Source: a virus (Duplodnaviria > Caudoviricetes). Taken from it: 64,000 nt of DNA. Below are positions 1 through 10,506 of the stretch, one piece after another. A program made the position numbers and the translations under genes. Numbering within the stretch: position 1 is the stretch's first letter; every line of letters begins with the position of its first letter. The notes below the pieces were generated by a model. That model ran no database searches. It saw only the letters and a program-made list of their open reading frames with translations, and was not told where the DNA came from. The stretch is from IMG/VR virus record IMGVR_UViG_2936514734_000001, positions 32,001 through 96,000 of that record; one strand, written 5' to 3'.

Positions 1-56
1 TAACCCACACGTAATGTCTGCCTGGGCATATCTAAAAGCATAAAGGAGGAAATCAC

Positions 57-317
57 ATGGCTTTCAATTCGACTGACTATCTAAAACCCCCATTTACTAG
101 CGGTCTAATGGATTTAACAGAAGAAGAGATTCTGTATGTTCAATCAGAACTAAAGAAAATAGCAGCAGATTTAGGAGTAGAGTTTTTTACATATGACATG
201 TTATTAGCCTATTGCACCCCAAAACGTTGGCAAGAAGGAAAATGGGTTAATGAAGAAACCGCTAATTATTGCTTCTATTACTCTAATGAAGAAGAAGTTC
301 CACTAGAGGAGGTGTAA
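57..317 (+). CDS. hypothetical protein (86 aa)
   Basis: ORF with AAGGAGG SD, followed by a hairpin at ~305-330. Confidence 0.7.
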   Translation: MAFNSTDYLKPPFTSGLMDLTEEEILYVQSELKKIAADLGVEFFTYDMLLAYCTPKRWQEGKWVNEETANYCFYYSNEEEVPLEEV

Positions 318-356
318 TTTCACCTCTTCTTTATTAATTTAAAAGGAGGTAAAGCA

Positions 357-3119
357 ATGATATTAGAAAACAAAATCACCCATAAAGTTCCTAAAAAGAA
401 TCTGGTTCCACCCTTAACAAGCTCAGAATGGAAGTTTCATTCATTAGCAAAGGTTGAGGATGATTATACATTAATAATGGATGCTACGACTTCAGGACAA
501 TGGAACTCTATTGATATTCCTGTTGAAGTGGGTAAAACATACATCTTTTCTCATGAAGCTAATATGTCAATGTATATTGACGTTCGAAAAAACGATACTT
601 ATAGAACAATGGTACAAAGTGGAGTAAAACCAAATACACCTTTAAAGGTAACACACCCTGAAGCGAAGTTTATACGAGTTGCTTATGGTTCTCCAAGTGC
701 TGGTCATTTTGTTATGAAGAATATGCAATTAGAAGAAGGTTCTATAGTAACTCCATTTGAGCCTTATACTGAAGTCAATAAAGGGTTTGTAGGGAAACCT
801 AAGAAGAACTTAATTCCTGATTGGAATAGTCCAAGGTGGTTCCAAGATTCAACAGTAGCTGGTGGAGTGGTAACAGTAGATCAAGATGACCCATACAAAA
901 TGTCATTAAGTCTAAACCAGTCTGCTCAAGCTAGACTTATCCATATTCCTGTTGAGTTAGGAAAAGCTTATACATTCTCATTTGGTAAAATGACCGGTCT
1001 TTACCGTCTTTATAAGAGACGACAAACAGCACATGGAGGAACAGTGCTTGTCCAAGATTCCGACCCTAAACCTTTCACATTTGTTGTAGATGCCGAATAT
1101 GGTGGATGGGTTACTTTACGCGTAACACAAGGAATCACTGGAACATTTGCCTTTGAAAATCTTCAATTAGAAGAAGGGTGGTCTGGTACTTCTTTTGAAC
1201 CTTACAAAGAATTGAATAGTCTAGCTGCACTAGTTCCTAAGAGGAATATGCTTAATCCTAAAGCTTGGGTATCTGGTCGTATTTTTGACACAGCATTTAA
1301 ATCACAGAACGGGTATAGACTAAATGGAGACAACCTAATCATCATGTCTAACATAAATGGAATGGTGTCTCAAGTAGTAGATGTGAAACCTAATACTCTC
1401 TATACAGTTTTTCATGATAGTGATAATGATGGAAGTAGAGGTATTTACGTTTACTCTACATCTGGTGTAGACTTAACACCTTCTGTAAAGATAAGTCCAA
1501 ATGTTTTTAACAGCGCATACAATACTAAGGTAATTATAGGAATGTACAAGAGTACAAGTGCTAATGATCTTTCTGAAATTGAGTTTGTGAAACCTATGAT
1601 GGTAGAAGCTTCTGTTAAAGTTCCATTTGAACCTTTCCAACTTGTTAATAAAGCTGATACATTGGTTCCTAAAACTAATATAGCTCCTCCTTTAAGGTAC
1701 TGGTCAAGAACAGATGGTAACGCAGTTATCCTATCCGACTACGAAGGGGAGATAAATCCAGTAAGTAACTATACAGGATTTAAGTATTCGAATTCTTTAG
1801 GATTGAAACGAGACACTATATACACTCTTAGTATTGATGAAATCACTCCTGGAGCAACGTGCTTCTTAGCTTACTTAGACAGCGGTGGCACTAATAGATA
1901 TACGACCGTCAATTCAGATTCCCTCGTAAAGACCTTCTCTATTCCTTCTTCAGCTCAATACTATTGGATGGAAATGCACTTCCAAACTAATAGAGGGAAA
2001 GCTCGATTTAAGAATTTTATGCTTCAAGAAGGAACGATTAAACAACCATTCGAACCATTAATAATGGTTAAAGAAGAAAAAGAAGTTCTTCGAAAAGCTG
2101 CATATAGAAATTACCCATTTAGCTATAAACGAGAAAGCGTAGAATTTTTAGATGGTATTCAGTATAGTATCAATAATCCACGAATAAAAGATAACGGTCT
2201 TTTAATAGAAGAAGGAATTACTAATACTGTTTCCAATTCTGATCAAGTCTCCCGATTACGTGTAGTGAATAACGCTTATGGACAAGTAACTTACAATCAC
2301 TCTTTACCAAAGAAACTTGTTGCTCAAAGTAGCTCCGATACGTATTCTTTGCAATTTGAGGTGAAAATGTTAGGAGCTGCTTCTATTCCATTTAGAAGTA
2401 TCGTAGTAGGTGCTCAACCCCCAAAAGATAGTTGGAGTTGGAGGATATATTCCTCTGATTTTTCTTCAGATGAAATTGAGGATTTAGGAAGTGGCTGGTT
2501 TAGGTACAAGAAAACATTCACAATCAACGGGAGTAAAGGTGAGTATCTTCAATCCTTTATCAAATTTATTTGTGAAGTATATGACACCGATATAGATACT
2601 CTTATTCGAAATGTTCAGATTGAGGAAAGAATTTCACCTTCTTCTTATACAACTGGATACAGAAAGAATGAAATAGTAACTGTTCCAAATACCACTGGAT
2701 TTATTGATTCAACAAAAGGTTCGATCTACTCTAAATTCTCTTATTTGGATTTAAAGTATACGATGGCTGTTAGTGCTTTTCTTTTCGATACAACTTCTAA
2801 TACTAGATGGTTCTGTAACTACGATTCTGTATTAGGGAAATTCCAAGTGGTTGTTAACGGTTTAAGTCTCATTCAATTTCCTAAAGAAACTCTAAGGGAG
2901 AAAGATAACGAATTACTTGTAGAATGGAATGGTTCAAGCATGGCAGTTACTTTGAATGGTGTTGTTCAAAATTCTTCCGCTGGTACTTCCTCTGCAAGAC
3001 CTGACCTTGGTATGTTAACTTTAGGTTGTCGATTTACTAGAGATATTGCATGGCTAAATGGCATAATTAAAGAGTTTGTAATTAAAGATAGAAACGGAAA
3101 CACAACATATAAAATCTAA
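357..3119 (+). CDS. virion fibre/spike protein with four tandem CBM-like repeats and a C-terminal LamG-like domain
   Basis: Four ~140-aa repeats from K(K/R/T)N(L/M/I) to (Q/V)(L)EEG...FEP(Y/F/L); PRI..GLLIEEG.TN motif of phage spike/fibre proteins; AAGGAGG SD. Confidence 0.7.
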   Translation: MILENKITHKVPKKNLVPPLTSSEWKFHSLAKVEDDYTLIMDATTSGQWNSIDIPVEVGKTYIFSHEANMSMYIDVRKNDTYRTMVQSGVKPNTPLKVTHPEAKFIRVAYGSPSAGHFVMKNMQLEEGSIVTPFEPYTEVNKGFVGKPKKNLIPDWNSPRWFQDSTVAGGVVTVDQDDPYKMSLSLNQSAQARLIHIPVELGKAYTFSFGKMTGLYRLYKRRQTAHGGTVLVQDSDPKPFTFVVDAEYGGWVTLRVTQGITGTFAFENLQLEEGWSGTSFEPYKELNSLAALVPKRNMLNPKAWVSGRIFDTAFKSQNGYRLNGDNLIIMSNINGMVSQVVDVKPNTLYTVFHDSDNDGSRGIYVYSTSGVDLTPSVKISPNVFNSAYNTKVIIGMYKSTSANDLSEIEFVKPMMVEASVKVPFEPFQLVNKADTLVPKTNIAPPLRYWSRTDGNAVILSDYEGEINPVSNYTGFKYSNSLGLKRDTIYTLSIDEITPGATCFLAYLDSGGTNRYTTVNSDSLVKTFSIPSSAQYYWMEMHFQTNRGKARFKNFMLQEGTIKQPFEPLIMVKEEKEVLRKAAYRNYPFSYKRESVEFLDGIQYSINNPRIKDNGLLIEEGITNTVSNSDQVSRLRVVNNAYGQVTYNHSLPKKLVAQSSSDTYSLQFEVKMLGAASIPFRSIVVGAQPPKDSWSWRIYSSDFSSDEIEDLGSGWFRYKKTFTINGSKGEYLQSFIKFICEVYDTDIDTLIRNVQIEERISPSSYTTGYRKNEIVTVPNTTGFIDSTKGSIYSKFSYLDLKYTMAVSAFLFDTTSNTRWFCNYDSVLGKFQVVVNGLSLIQFPKETLREKDNELLVEWNGSSMAVTLNGVVQNSSAGTSSARPDLGMLTLGCRFTRDIAWLNGIIKEFVIKDRNGNTTYKI

Positions 3120-3148
3120 AGCTACAGCTTATTGCTGTAGTTTTTTTC
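3118..3148 (+). terminator. intrinsic terminator
   Basis: GCTACAGC-TTATT-GCTGTAGT hairpin plus T-tract. Confidence 0.8.
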
Positions 3149-3223
3149 TGTTTCTCTTCATTTACAAAAATAAAAGGTAAAGGTTAGATTATCAAAAGAA
3201 ATTAGATAAAAGGTGGTGCGACA

Positions 3224-5719
3224 ATGTTTACACAGCCAGGAATAGTTAAAAGACATGATACTATAGCAGAAGCTATCGTATTTCAAAATGCAGGGTATGT
3301 TTCTGTCTCACAGGAATTGTACGAAGATAGTAGGATAACATTTTCTTTTGCTACACCTACTAATAAGTTAGTGTTAATTCCAAAATACCTTAGTGACGGC
3401 AACTTTTTATTTGTTTCACTAGATAAAGATAAAACATTGCATATTGGTGGCTTTGTTAAAGATTCGGAAAAGGTTTATGGAGACATAGTAGTCTCTGATC
3501 TAATTGCTTCTACAAATGAACTTGTAGTTACTTCAAATGGCACTCATTTTACTGTGAAGTTTAATAATAAAGAAGTGTTTAAGTTTGAATCCGCTCTATT
3601 TGCAAAGGGGCAAGTAAGGTTGTATGGAGAGGTTGGTGAAATCTTTTATTCTTGCTCAATAGAAGAACCTCAATCAACAAGTTGGTCAAACAATGGGGGG
3701 GAGAATGGCGTAGAAATCAAAACAGTTAAGATAGAAGACCAGAACTTTATTAAGCTAATTGGATCTTCTGCTAAAAAAGCCTATATCTCTCAAAGTATTT
3801 CATTAACATCAGGGACAAAAACTGTATCATTTTCAGCAAAAGGAAATGGTTCATGTGTCGTAAAGAAATCAGATAACACGGTTCTTCAGACATTTTCTAT
3901 TTCAAAATCTGAAGTCACAGAGCTAAGTTTCTCATTTCCTGTTTCAACTGCCCAAACTATTAATCTTGTGTTTGAAACAAATAATACATTGACCGTAGGT
4001 AAATCTCAAATCGAGAACATGGTAAACGCAACAGGGTATATACCGAATGAGAGCACAACGTCCGCTGCTATACGAAATACCTCTCAATTAATCTATCCAC
4101 TTAAAGATAGTTTCCCCAATCAGTCAGGAAGTATCTATGTAAAGGTTACAGCTCCTGAAGGATTCGAAGAAGCTGCTACGACTACAAATAAGCAAATGAT
4201 TCTACGAACAGATAATGGTGCACTCCGACTAGATTATAAAAATGGAAGTTTCCTTTTCTTTATAGGAGCCAAGTCATTGAGTGTTCCTACAAGTCTATCC
4301 CAGGTAGGCACTGCTGAAGTGATTATTAGTTGGAATGAAGTAGAAATGGAACTCACTGTAAATGGAAATACAGTTTCATTAGGAGATGCTCCATTACTTA
4401 CATCAAATGTATCTAGTTTAATTTTTGCAGAAGAAGGTTCTATAAAAGATCCAGTTATCTTAGAAGAATGGGCATTGTTCCACAATAAGGTAAAACCGGA
4501 TTCGGATATTCAAGCCATTTTACCACAAGCCATTATGCAATCTTTATTTGACGGTGGTATTAGCGGTCAAAATGTAACTTGGTCAGAAATCCCTGTTGCT
4601 CCAATAGATCACTCGCCAATTCTTGTACAAAAAGAAGATGGTAAAACACTTCAAAAAGTTTCGTTCTTTGATTATGAAACTGGTGAATACAAAACATGGA
4701 ATCAAGAGCCGTTTGTGTATGATGGCAGAAGTGATTTCGTGGAAGTTACCTATAATAATCTTGATGAACAGTTTAGAGACATTGCTATTCGTACTGAAGA
4801 TGGTGAAAAGATAGGTGAGCCGTACCGTATCGATGGAAAGCGATTCTATTTTTCTCTCTATTCAAGTTTGAAGCCAACTCTAAAAAACAAAACACTTTAT
4901 GCTACATATCAGGTCAATGACACATACACCGTAGATTACAATATCAAAGCAGTGGATGGTTATCGCATTAATTTCGCTAAACATGATGGTGGAAAAAGGA
5001 TTGTTTATCAAGAAGGAAACCGTTATGGTGAACCAAAGAAATTAGCGACTATGATTGATTTGAACCCGATTCAAAATCAAAATCATGAAGGATTTTTGTA
5101 TGTAACAAATACAATCAATAAAACCGATAGCTTCCGTATAACAGTTACCCCCGATAGATTACCTGCTGATGGTGCGAGTTTTTCTACGCTAATTATCGAA
5201 CCGCTTGATTATCAAGGAAACTTTCTTTCTCACTCTAATTTAGAAATTGTGTCCGAAAGGGGTTTCATTACTCGACACATTTCAAAAGACGCGGTGGAGG
5301 CCCAAAAGCGTTCAGGACAATACTTGTATCAGTACTATGCTCCTTATATCTATTCGAGCAAACAAGGGGAGGTCATCGAAGACCATATCTGGATTACAGA
5401 TTTAGATAATCAGATTGGTATCTGTTACAAAATTCTATTGAGTCCAGTACAAAAGGCAAGTAACGTTCAAATTACGAGAAGCCAAAAAAACACCTTAACC
5501 GCTAAGACGAAAATCATTGATTATATCTTAATGTATGAAGGAGTAGAGAAGTATGAGGATGAAACCTTATTCTCTATTTTAGATTTAAACCAAGATGGAC
5601 GTGTTACAACTGATGAAGTGCTTGTATTAGAAACTAATCAAAAAGATTCAGACTTAACCGTTATCTTGAATCAGTTACAAAAATGGGAGGCTACAAACAA
5701 TGGCACTGCAACCACATAA
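3224..5719 (+). CDS. putative virion structural protein with beta-sandwich domains and a C-terminal EF-hand loop
   Basis: 831-aa ORF in structural operon; DLNQDGRVTTDE calcium-loop pattern near the C-terminus. Confidence 0.6.
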   Translation: MFTQPGIVKRHDTIAEAIVFQNAGYVSVSQELYEDSRITFSFATPTNKLVLIPKYLSDGNFLFVSLDKDKTLHIGGFVKDSEKVYGDIVVSDLIASTNELVVTSNGTHFTVKFNNKEVFKFESALFAKGQVRLYGEVGEIFYSCSIEEPQSTSWSNNGGENGVEIKTVKIEDQNFIKLIGSSAKKAYISQSISLTSGTKTVSFSAKGNGSCVVKKSDNTVLQTFSISKSEVTELSFSFPVSTAQTINLVFETNNTLTVGKSQIENMVNATGYIPNESTTSAAIRNTSQLIYPLKDSFPNQSGSIYVKVTAPEGFEEAATTTNKQMILRTDNGALRLDYKNGSFLFFIGAKSLSVPTSLSQVGTAEVIISWNEVEMELTVNGNTVSLGDAPLLTSNVSSLIFAEEGSIKDPVILEEWALFHNKVKPDSDIQAILPQAIMQSLFDGGISGQNVTWSEIPVAPIDHSPILVQKEDGKTLQKVSFFDYETGEYKTWNQEPFVYDGRSDFVEVTYNNLDEQFRDIAIRTEDGEKIGEPYRIDGKRFYFSLYSSLKPTLKNKTLYATYQVNDTYTVDYNIKAVDGYRINFAKHDGGKRIVYQEGNRYGEPKKLATMIDLNPIQNQNHEGFLYVTNTINKTDSFRITVTPDRLPADGASFSTLIIEPLDYQGNFLSHSNLEIVSERGFITRHISKDAVEAQKRSGQYLYQYYAPYIYSSKQGEVIEDHIWITDLDNQIGICYKILLSPVQKASNVQITRSQKNTLTAKTKIIDYILMYEGVEKYEDETLFSILDLNQDGRVTTDEVLVLETNQKDSDLTVILNQLQKWEATNNGTATT

Positions 5720-8700
5720 AGACCTTGTTCGTGACGGTCAGCGTAACCGCGGATACGCTATTCGTATAGGTAAAAAAGTTCCTAAAAATAGTGCGAACTT
5801 AGCTTATGTACAGTCCAAACCAGTATCACCGGAGGAGAACATCTTATTAGAAGATGTCTCTTCTCAAATCAAGGAAAATGGATTGTCTAGTTTTATAGAT
5901 AGAGATTACATCGTTTATCCGGATAATGATTATCTGCTAGAGACAGAAACAGGACAAGCGGTATTTCCCACAGATGCAATTAGTGTGACAGACGAGTTTA
6001 CTGTACGAAAAAATAGACAAGATAAACCAAGTCCTGTTTTTTATAAGATGGAACTACGAGGAAGATTTGATGCTCGATCTGCACAGGTCCTTCCATACAT
6101 CGGGGGTTATTCATCTGAATCAGAACAAGAAGCTGTTTCATTAGAAGATATCGTGATTGATAAACGTAATGAGCTTGTCTATGTAGGAAATAGCATACGT
6201 ATAGAAGCCAATGGTGCTCCACTGCAAGACGGTAATGTTTTTAAGGTTCAATTAGTCAGAGAATCGAACTTCATTTACAGAGTCATTGTATTTACGAATT
6301 TCCGCAATGAAGACGATGTGACATATAAAGTTATTTATCCAAATTACAATAGCGATACAAAGCAATCTGAGCTGTCTGAAGAAGTATTGAACGCATATCC
6401 ATTCTTCGAGCAAGTTACAAAGGATGAATTTGATACGATTGTTGCAGATATGGAGAGCAACCCTGATAACTACAAACACCTTAAAGTGTATTCAGTAGAG
6501 CAGAAGGGGAATGACTTTGCTTTCTATGCAACCTCAGATGTTATGATTGCTAATTATCAAACACGCACCCCTCAACTATTTAAGCATCGTGTTGAAGCAA
6601 AACTAAAAACAAAATTGAGTGAAACAAATCCAGGGAAGTTAAATATCGGTTTTTATTTTGCTCAAGATGTAGTCGGAGTTGAAAACTTATCTTCTACAGG
6701 AAAAGCGATCAACGAACATTCTTTACTTCCTAAATACCTCGAACTAATTAATCCCCATCCGACAGAACTTGACCTTTTAAAACGTGATATTCGTTACTGG
6801 ACAATTGATTTAGAAATGGCAGAACACCAATATGAAGACTATGATCTAATTATTATTACTGGCTATGGCAAAACTGACTTATCAATGTACAAAGATAAGC
6901 TGCAGCATTTCTTAAAAAATGGAGGAACGATATGGGTAGACAATGCTGGTAGTCAGACAAAAGTTCTTGATTTCTCTACTAGTAAAGGTACTTCTTTTGT
7001 TTCTGATATTGGCTTTTCAACTAGTAGTAATGAGTTTGGTATTAAACAAATTAAAATAGATTCTCCATACACGAGTCGATTATTCCCTATTACAAACATG
7101 GAAGGGTTAGGGTACTCTAATGTTTCGCCTACTATCGTATTTGGACAAGACGAAGAAAAAGCTCAATGGACAATTCTTGTGTCACACCTAAATGGCGGAC
7201 CTTCAATTATGAAGAAAACCCTCTTTAATAAAGGAACAGTTATTGTTTCTAACAGCGGGATTTTTAGAGGTTTTTATCATAATCAAACTGAAAACGTAAA
7301 CCTTGTTCTAAATACAATCTTGTATCATGCAGAGGAACAATGGGTGTTTACGCCTTGGAGAAATGAATTTGTTTACCATAGAGACAATCTTTTCGCTCAA
7401 GAGTATAAAGTAAACAATAAAGATGTCTACATTAACGACCGTAATGACTACAACATCAATCAAATTGTAGCCAAAAAGATTCTTGCTCCTAATATGAAAG
7501 AGTACGTAAAAGCATATTGTAAGCCTTGGTTTTACAACGCTACAGGAAGTTATGAACATGCAATTGATGGAGATAAAAATATCCCTGTTAATAATAGCGG
7601 TTTTGAAAGTGGAAATGTAGATGCTCAAGGTCAGCCTGTTACTCAATGGACAGCCTCTACAGTAAATGCTATTCCATCATGGAACACAAAGAAGTTAGCG
7701 GGACAAACTGTTACATTCACCCACGACTCAACCACTAGTTTGTTTGGAGTACGTCAGATTTCTATTAATTCCACAAATGCTAGTACAGGAGCACAGGCTT
7801 TTTGGGAAAGTGAAGATATTTATCTTCCTGTTGATGATTATAAGCTGACGGTATGGGCTACGACAGATCAAGTTAATGGCATTACGACTGACGGTATTAA
7901 AATAGGGGTTTATAAATTAAGTGGAGAGCAAATTTCATCATCTATTGCTTTATCAGGTAAGAAGAATGCTGTGAAACTTGAAACCTCATTCCATATTGAT
8001 CAACCTCAAAGTGTCGAAATACGATTAGGTTTTATTGATGGAAATGGCTTCGGAAAGGCCAGCTTCGACAATCTTACTTTAGATACAGTAGGTGCAGTTA
8101 GAGGGGTTCCTCAAAATGAAGGAGAAAAATCTCTTTATGTATTTAGCACAAAACCAAATGCTACAACTATCGATATTGAAGCAGAAGGATTCGGTACGGC
8201 AAATATAACAAGAGCAACACCTGAAATCTCATATACTTACACAATCATGCCTTTTATATATGAGTGGATTTCATTCGGGGTTGATAGTACAACAGGCATT
8301 GAGTATGGACGTTATGAGCGTAAATATGGTGCTCCTGTATCTTATCAGGACAAAGTTCGAAAATCAGATGGATTAAAGAGTCTAGGCTATCTCCACACTT
8401 TACTACCTCCAATCCCAAGCGGTAAAGAATGGTATGACAAAAATAAAATCTTTTATTTAATTGCTTTAGGTTCTCAAGATTTAGCTGAAAACAACTTAAT
8501 TAATCTTAAATTGTTTGACAGAAAAACTGGTGCTGAATGGTTCTATGGAGATGAACTAGTTATCGGACATAAAGATATTTTCTGGGCTACAGATAAACCA
8601 AGTTTTGCTCTTCATTCAGAAACAACATTTGAGACTATTCGCGCTTCTAAACGTGACTTTGGTTTAAAATTAGTCGATGATCGTCGAGTGTTTGCAGAAC

Positions 8701-10214
8701 TTCCACAAACTAAAGATGCTAAAGAAAACTGGTATTTACGTATTCATAACGGACAGTTTTTAAAAGATAGCCTTAGCTACAATGAGTGGTCTGGACTTTA
8801 TAAAGCTAATGATCCTGCATTAGTAAATCAATACAAAGAACGTGTCATGAAAAAAGAAAGGTACGAGATTAAAGAGTACGATTCTCAAATATTTAATCCT
8901 TCAGTTGGCATTATGACAGTTGAAAATGAGATTGAATATGTTAGCCCTTCAGTTGTAAAGGTACCGCACAATAATCTTTACGTACTTAAAGGCTCTGTGA
9001 AGAAGGAGCAGTTGGTTTCTGAAGGATACTCACAAACTGCTGGTACAGTTTTTCAATCTGTACAAAAAAATTGGTTGAGAAACAGTAATCTTCATATCTA
9101 CATTGACCGCTCGAATAATGGGAATGTAGTAGAAATATTTGAAGAGTACCCTTATGAAATTGATTTTGATAAAGGTTCAGTATTTTTCCCTAATCAAAAT
9201 ATTACAGGCAAGGTGTATGCAACTTACGATTATTGCAACTTCCGTTTAAATAAGCGGATTTATAAAAATGCAAAGGTCACAAATGATTTGCTTGAAAATA
9301 AATATCATGATCCTGTTACTAAAGAGGCTGTGATGTATAGTTCAAAAGAGAATTGGCTAACACATCCTGTGCCAATCTTAAAAACAACAAAGGGTAAACC
9401 AACTTCTGAAAATACAATTCCAGCTACTAATTATCGTATTGATTATGAAAAAGGAAAAGTTATGTTCAAGTATGAACCTGTGGGTGCGGTTTATGCTGAC
9501 TTTGGTTACTATGAAAACCAAGAACTATCCGTAAATGATTACGACATTCAAAACGGAATCTTTTTCTTAAATGAGAATGTGACATTTAAAGATGATTTAT
9601 ATGCTCAATATTCTTATTATGAAGATTTTTATGAGTACAAAGGCTACTATAATGAACAGCAAAAGACCTTTTTCCACCTCGATCTCAATCCTTCTGTAGG
9701 ACATTATTCTACTTTGCCGACTACAACATATGTTAATGGCATTCAAAAAGTAGAGTATAGAAATGCTCCGTCCGCTAAGCTTCTCAATAAATTGATTCAT
9801 GTATATATTGTTCCTAGCTCAGAAAGCGGGAATTCTATTCGCCACTGTTTTAGTGCTGAAGAATGGAGAAACATTCAACGTTCTAATCCTATGTACTTGC
9901 TAATAGCTAAGGTACAGGTAAGAGAGCACACTAATGTTAACGAAGTAGTTGTTATGGATGCCCGTGTACGCGGCGGTGGAGTATCAGAATCATTATCTGT
10001 AAAAGCAATTGATGAAAGAGTAAAAGGTAAACAACGTTACTGGGATATTGGTAACTGGGACGGTAAGGCATTTTATCGAAACGGTGTCCTAATTGTTACT
10101 CTGCCAAAATCTATCCTCAGTGAATATGGGGGAACTTTATCAGAAGATTATGTTCGAGAATCCATTGATAAGTACGTAGCATACGGAACGTACTACATTA
10201 TTGAATGGGAGTGA
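5700..10214 (+). CDS. large baseplate/tail structural protein
   Basis: 1504 aa; CBM-like NNSGFE domain; repeated Y.ID(Y/F)(E/D)KG.V.F motifs; C-terminal DARVRGGG...YWDIG..DG motif that I associate with large phage tail proteins. Confidence 0.6.
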   Translation: MALQPHKDLVRDGQRNRGYAIRIGKKVPKNSANLAYVQSKPVSPEENILLEDVSSQIKENGLSSFIDRDYIVYPDNDYLLETETGQAVFPTDAISVTDEFTVRKNRQDKPSPVFYKMELRGRFDARSAQVLPYIGGYSSESEQEAVSLEDIVIDKRNELVYVGNSIRIEANGAPLQDGNVFKVQLVRESNFIYRVIVFTNFRNEDDVTYKVIYPNYNSDTKQSELSEEVLNAYPFFEQVTKDEFDTIVADMESNPDNYKHLKVYSVEQKGNDFAFYATSDVMIANYQTRTPQLFKHRVEAKLKTKLSETNPGKLNIGFYFAQDVVGVENLSSTGKAINEHSLLPKYLELINPHPTELDLLKRDIRYWTIDLEMAEHQYEDYDLIIITGYGKTDLSMYKDKLQHFLKNGGTIWVDNAGSQTKVLDFSTSKGTSFVSDIGFSTSSNEFGIKQIKIDSPYTSRLFPITNMEGLGYSNVSPTIVFGQDEEKAQWTILVSHLNGGPSIMKKTLFNKGTVIVSNSGIFRGFYHNQTENVNLVLNTILYHAEEQWVFTPWRNEFVYHRDNLFAQEYKVNNKDVYINDRNDYNINQIVAKKILAPNMKEYVKAYCKPWFYNATGSYEHAIDGDKNIPVNNSGFESGNVDAQGQPVTQWTASTVNAIPSWNTKKLAGQTVTFTHDSTTSLFGVRQISINSTNASTGAQAFWESEDIYLPVDDYKLTVWATTDQVNGITTDGIKIGVYKLSGEQISSSIALSGKKNAVKLETSFHIDQPQSVEIRLGFIDGNGFGKASFDNLTLDTVGAVRGVPQNEGEKSLYVFSTKPNATTIDIEAEGFGTANITRATPEISYTYTIMPFIYEWISFGVDSTTGIEYGRYERKYGAPVSYQDKVRKSDGLKSLGYLHTLLPPIPSGKEWYDKNKIFYLIALGSQDLAENNLINLKLFDRKTGAEWFYGDELVIGHKDIFWATDKPSFALHSETTFETIRASKRDFGLKLVDDRRVFAELPQTKDAKENWYLRIHNGQFLKDSLSYNEWSGLYKANDPALVNQYKERVMKKERYEIKEYDSQIFNPSVGIMTVENEIEYVSPSVVKVPHNNLYVLKGSVKKEQLVSEGYSQTAGTVFQSVQKNWLRNSNLHIYIDRSNNGNVVEIFEEYPYEIDFDKGSVFFPNQNITGKVYATYDYCNFRLNKRIYKNAKVTNDLLENKYHDPVTKEAVMYSSKENWLTHPVPILKTTKGKPTSENTIPATNYRIDYEKGKVMFKYEPVGAVYADFGYYENQELSVNDYDIQNGIFFLNENVTFKDDLYAQYSYYEDFYEYKGYYNEQQKTFFHLDLNPSVGHYSTLPTTTYVNGIQKVEYRNAPSAKLLNKLIHVYIVPSSESGNSIRHCFSAEEWRNIQRSNPMYLLIAKVQVREHTNVNEVVVMDARVRGGGVSESLSVKAIDERVKGKQRYWDIGNWDGKAFYRNGVLIVTLPKSILSEYGGTLSEDYVRESIDKYVAYGTYYIIEWE

Positions 10215-10417
10215 TGTCTATGAATTATCCTTTAGGAGCTTTTCAGTACTATGACAAAGAAAATGATAAAACTCATATTCAGTGGAGTTATGTAGATGAC
10301 CCTAATTTAACTCATTTTGAAATTGAAGTTTACGATGAAAATTTAAGAAAATGGGTTAAGGCTGATGGACGTAATGGAGTTTATCCAAAACAATCGAAAA
10401 GAGGTAGTAATTATTAG
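10205..10417 (+). CDS. small FN3-like hypothetical protein (start probably 10214 or 10220)
   Basis: IQWSY..DPNLTHFEIEVYD pattern; coupled to upstream gene; terminator follows. Confidence 0.55.
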   Translation: MGVMSMNYPLGAFQYYDKENDKTHIQWSYVDDPNLTHFEIEVYDENLRKWVKADGRNGVYPKQSKRGSNY

Positions 10418-10506
10418 GGGGGCGGTTAATTCCGTCCTCTTTTTTATAGAAAAGAAAACTTTAAATGGTTATATATGATTCATATCTAAGAAAAGTAGGT
10501 GAGTAC

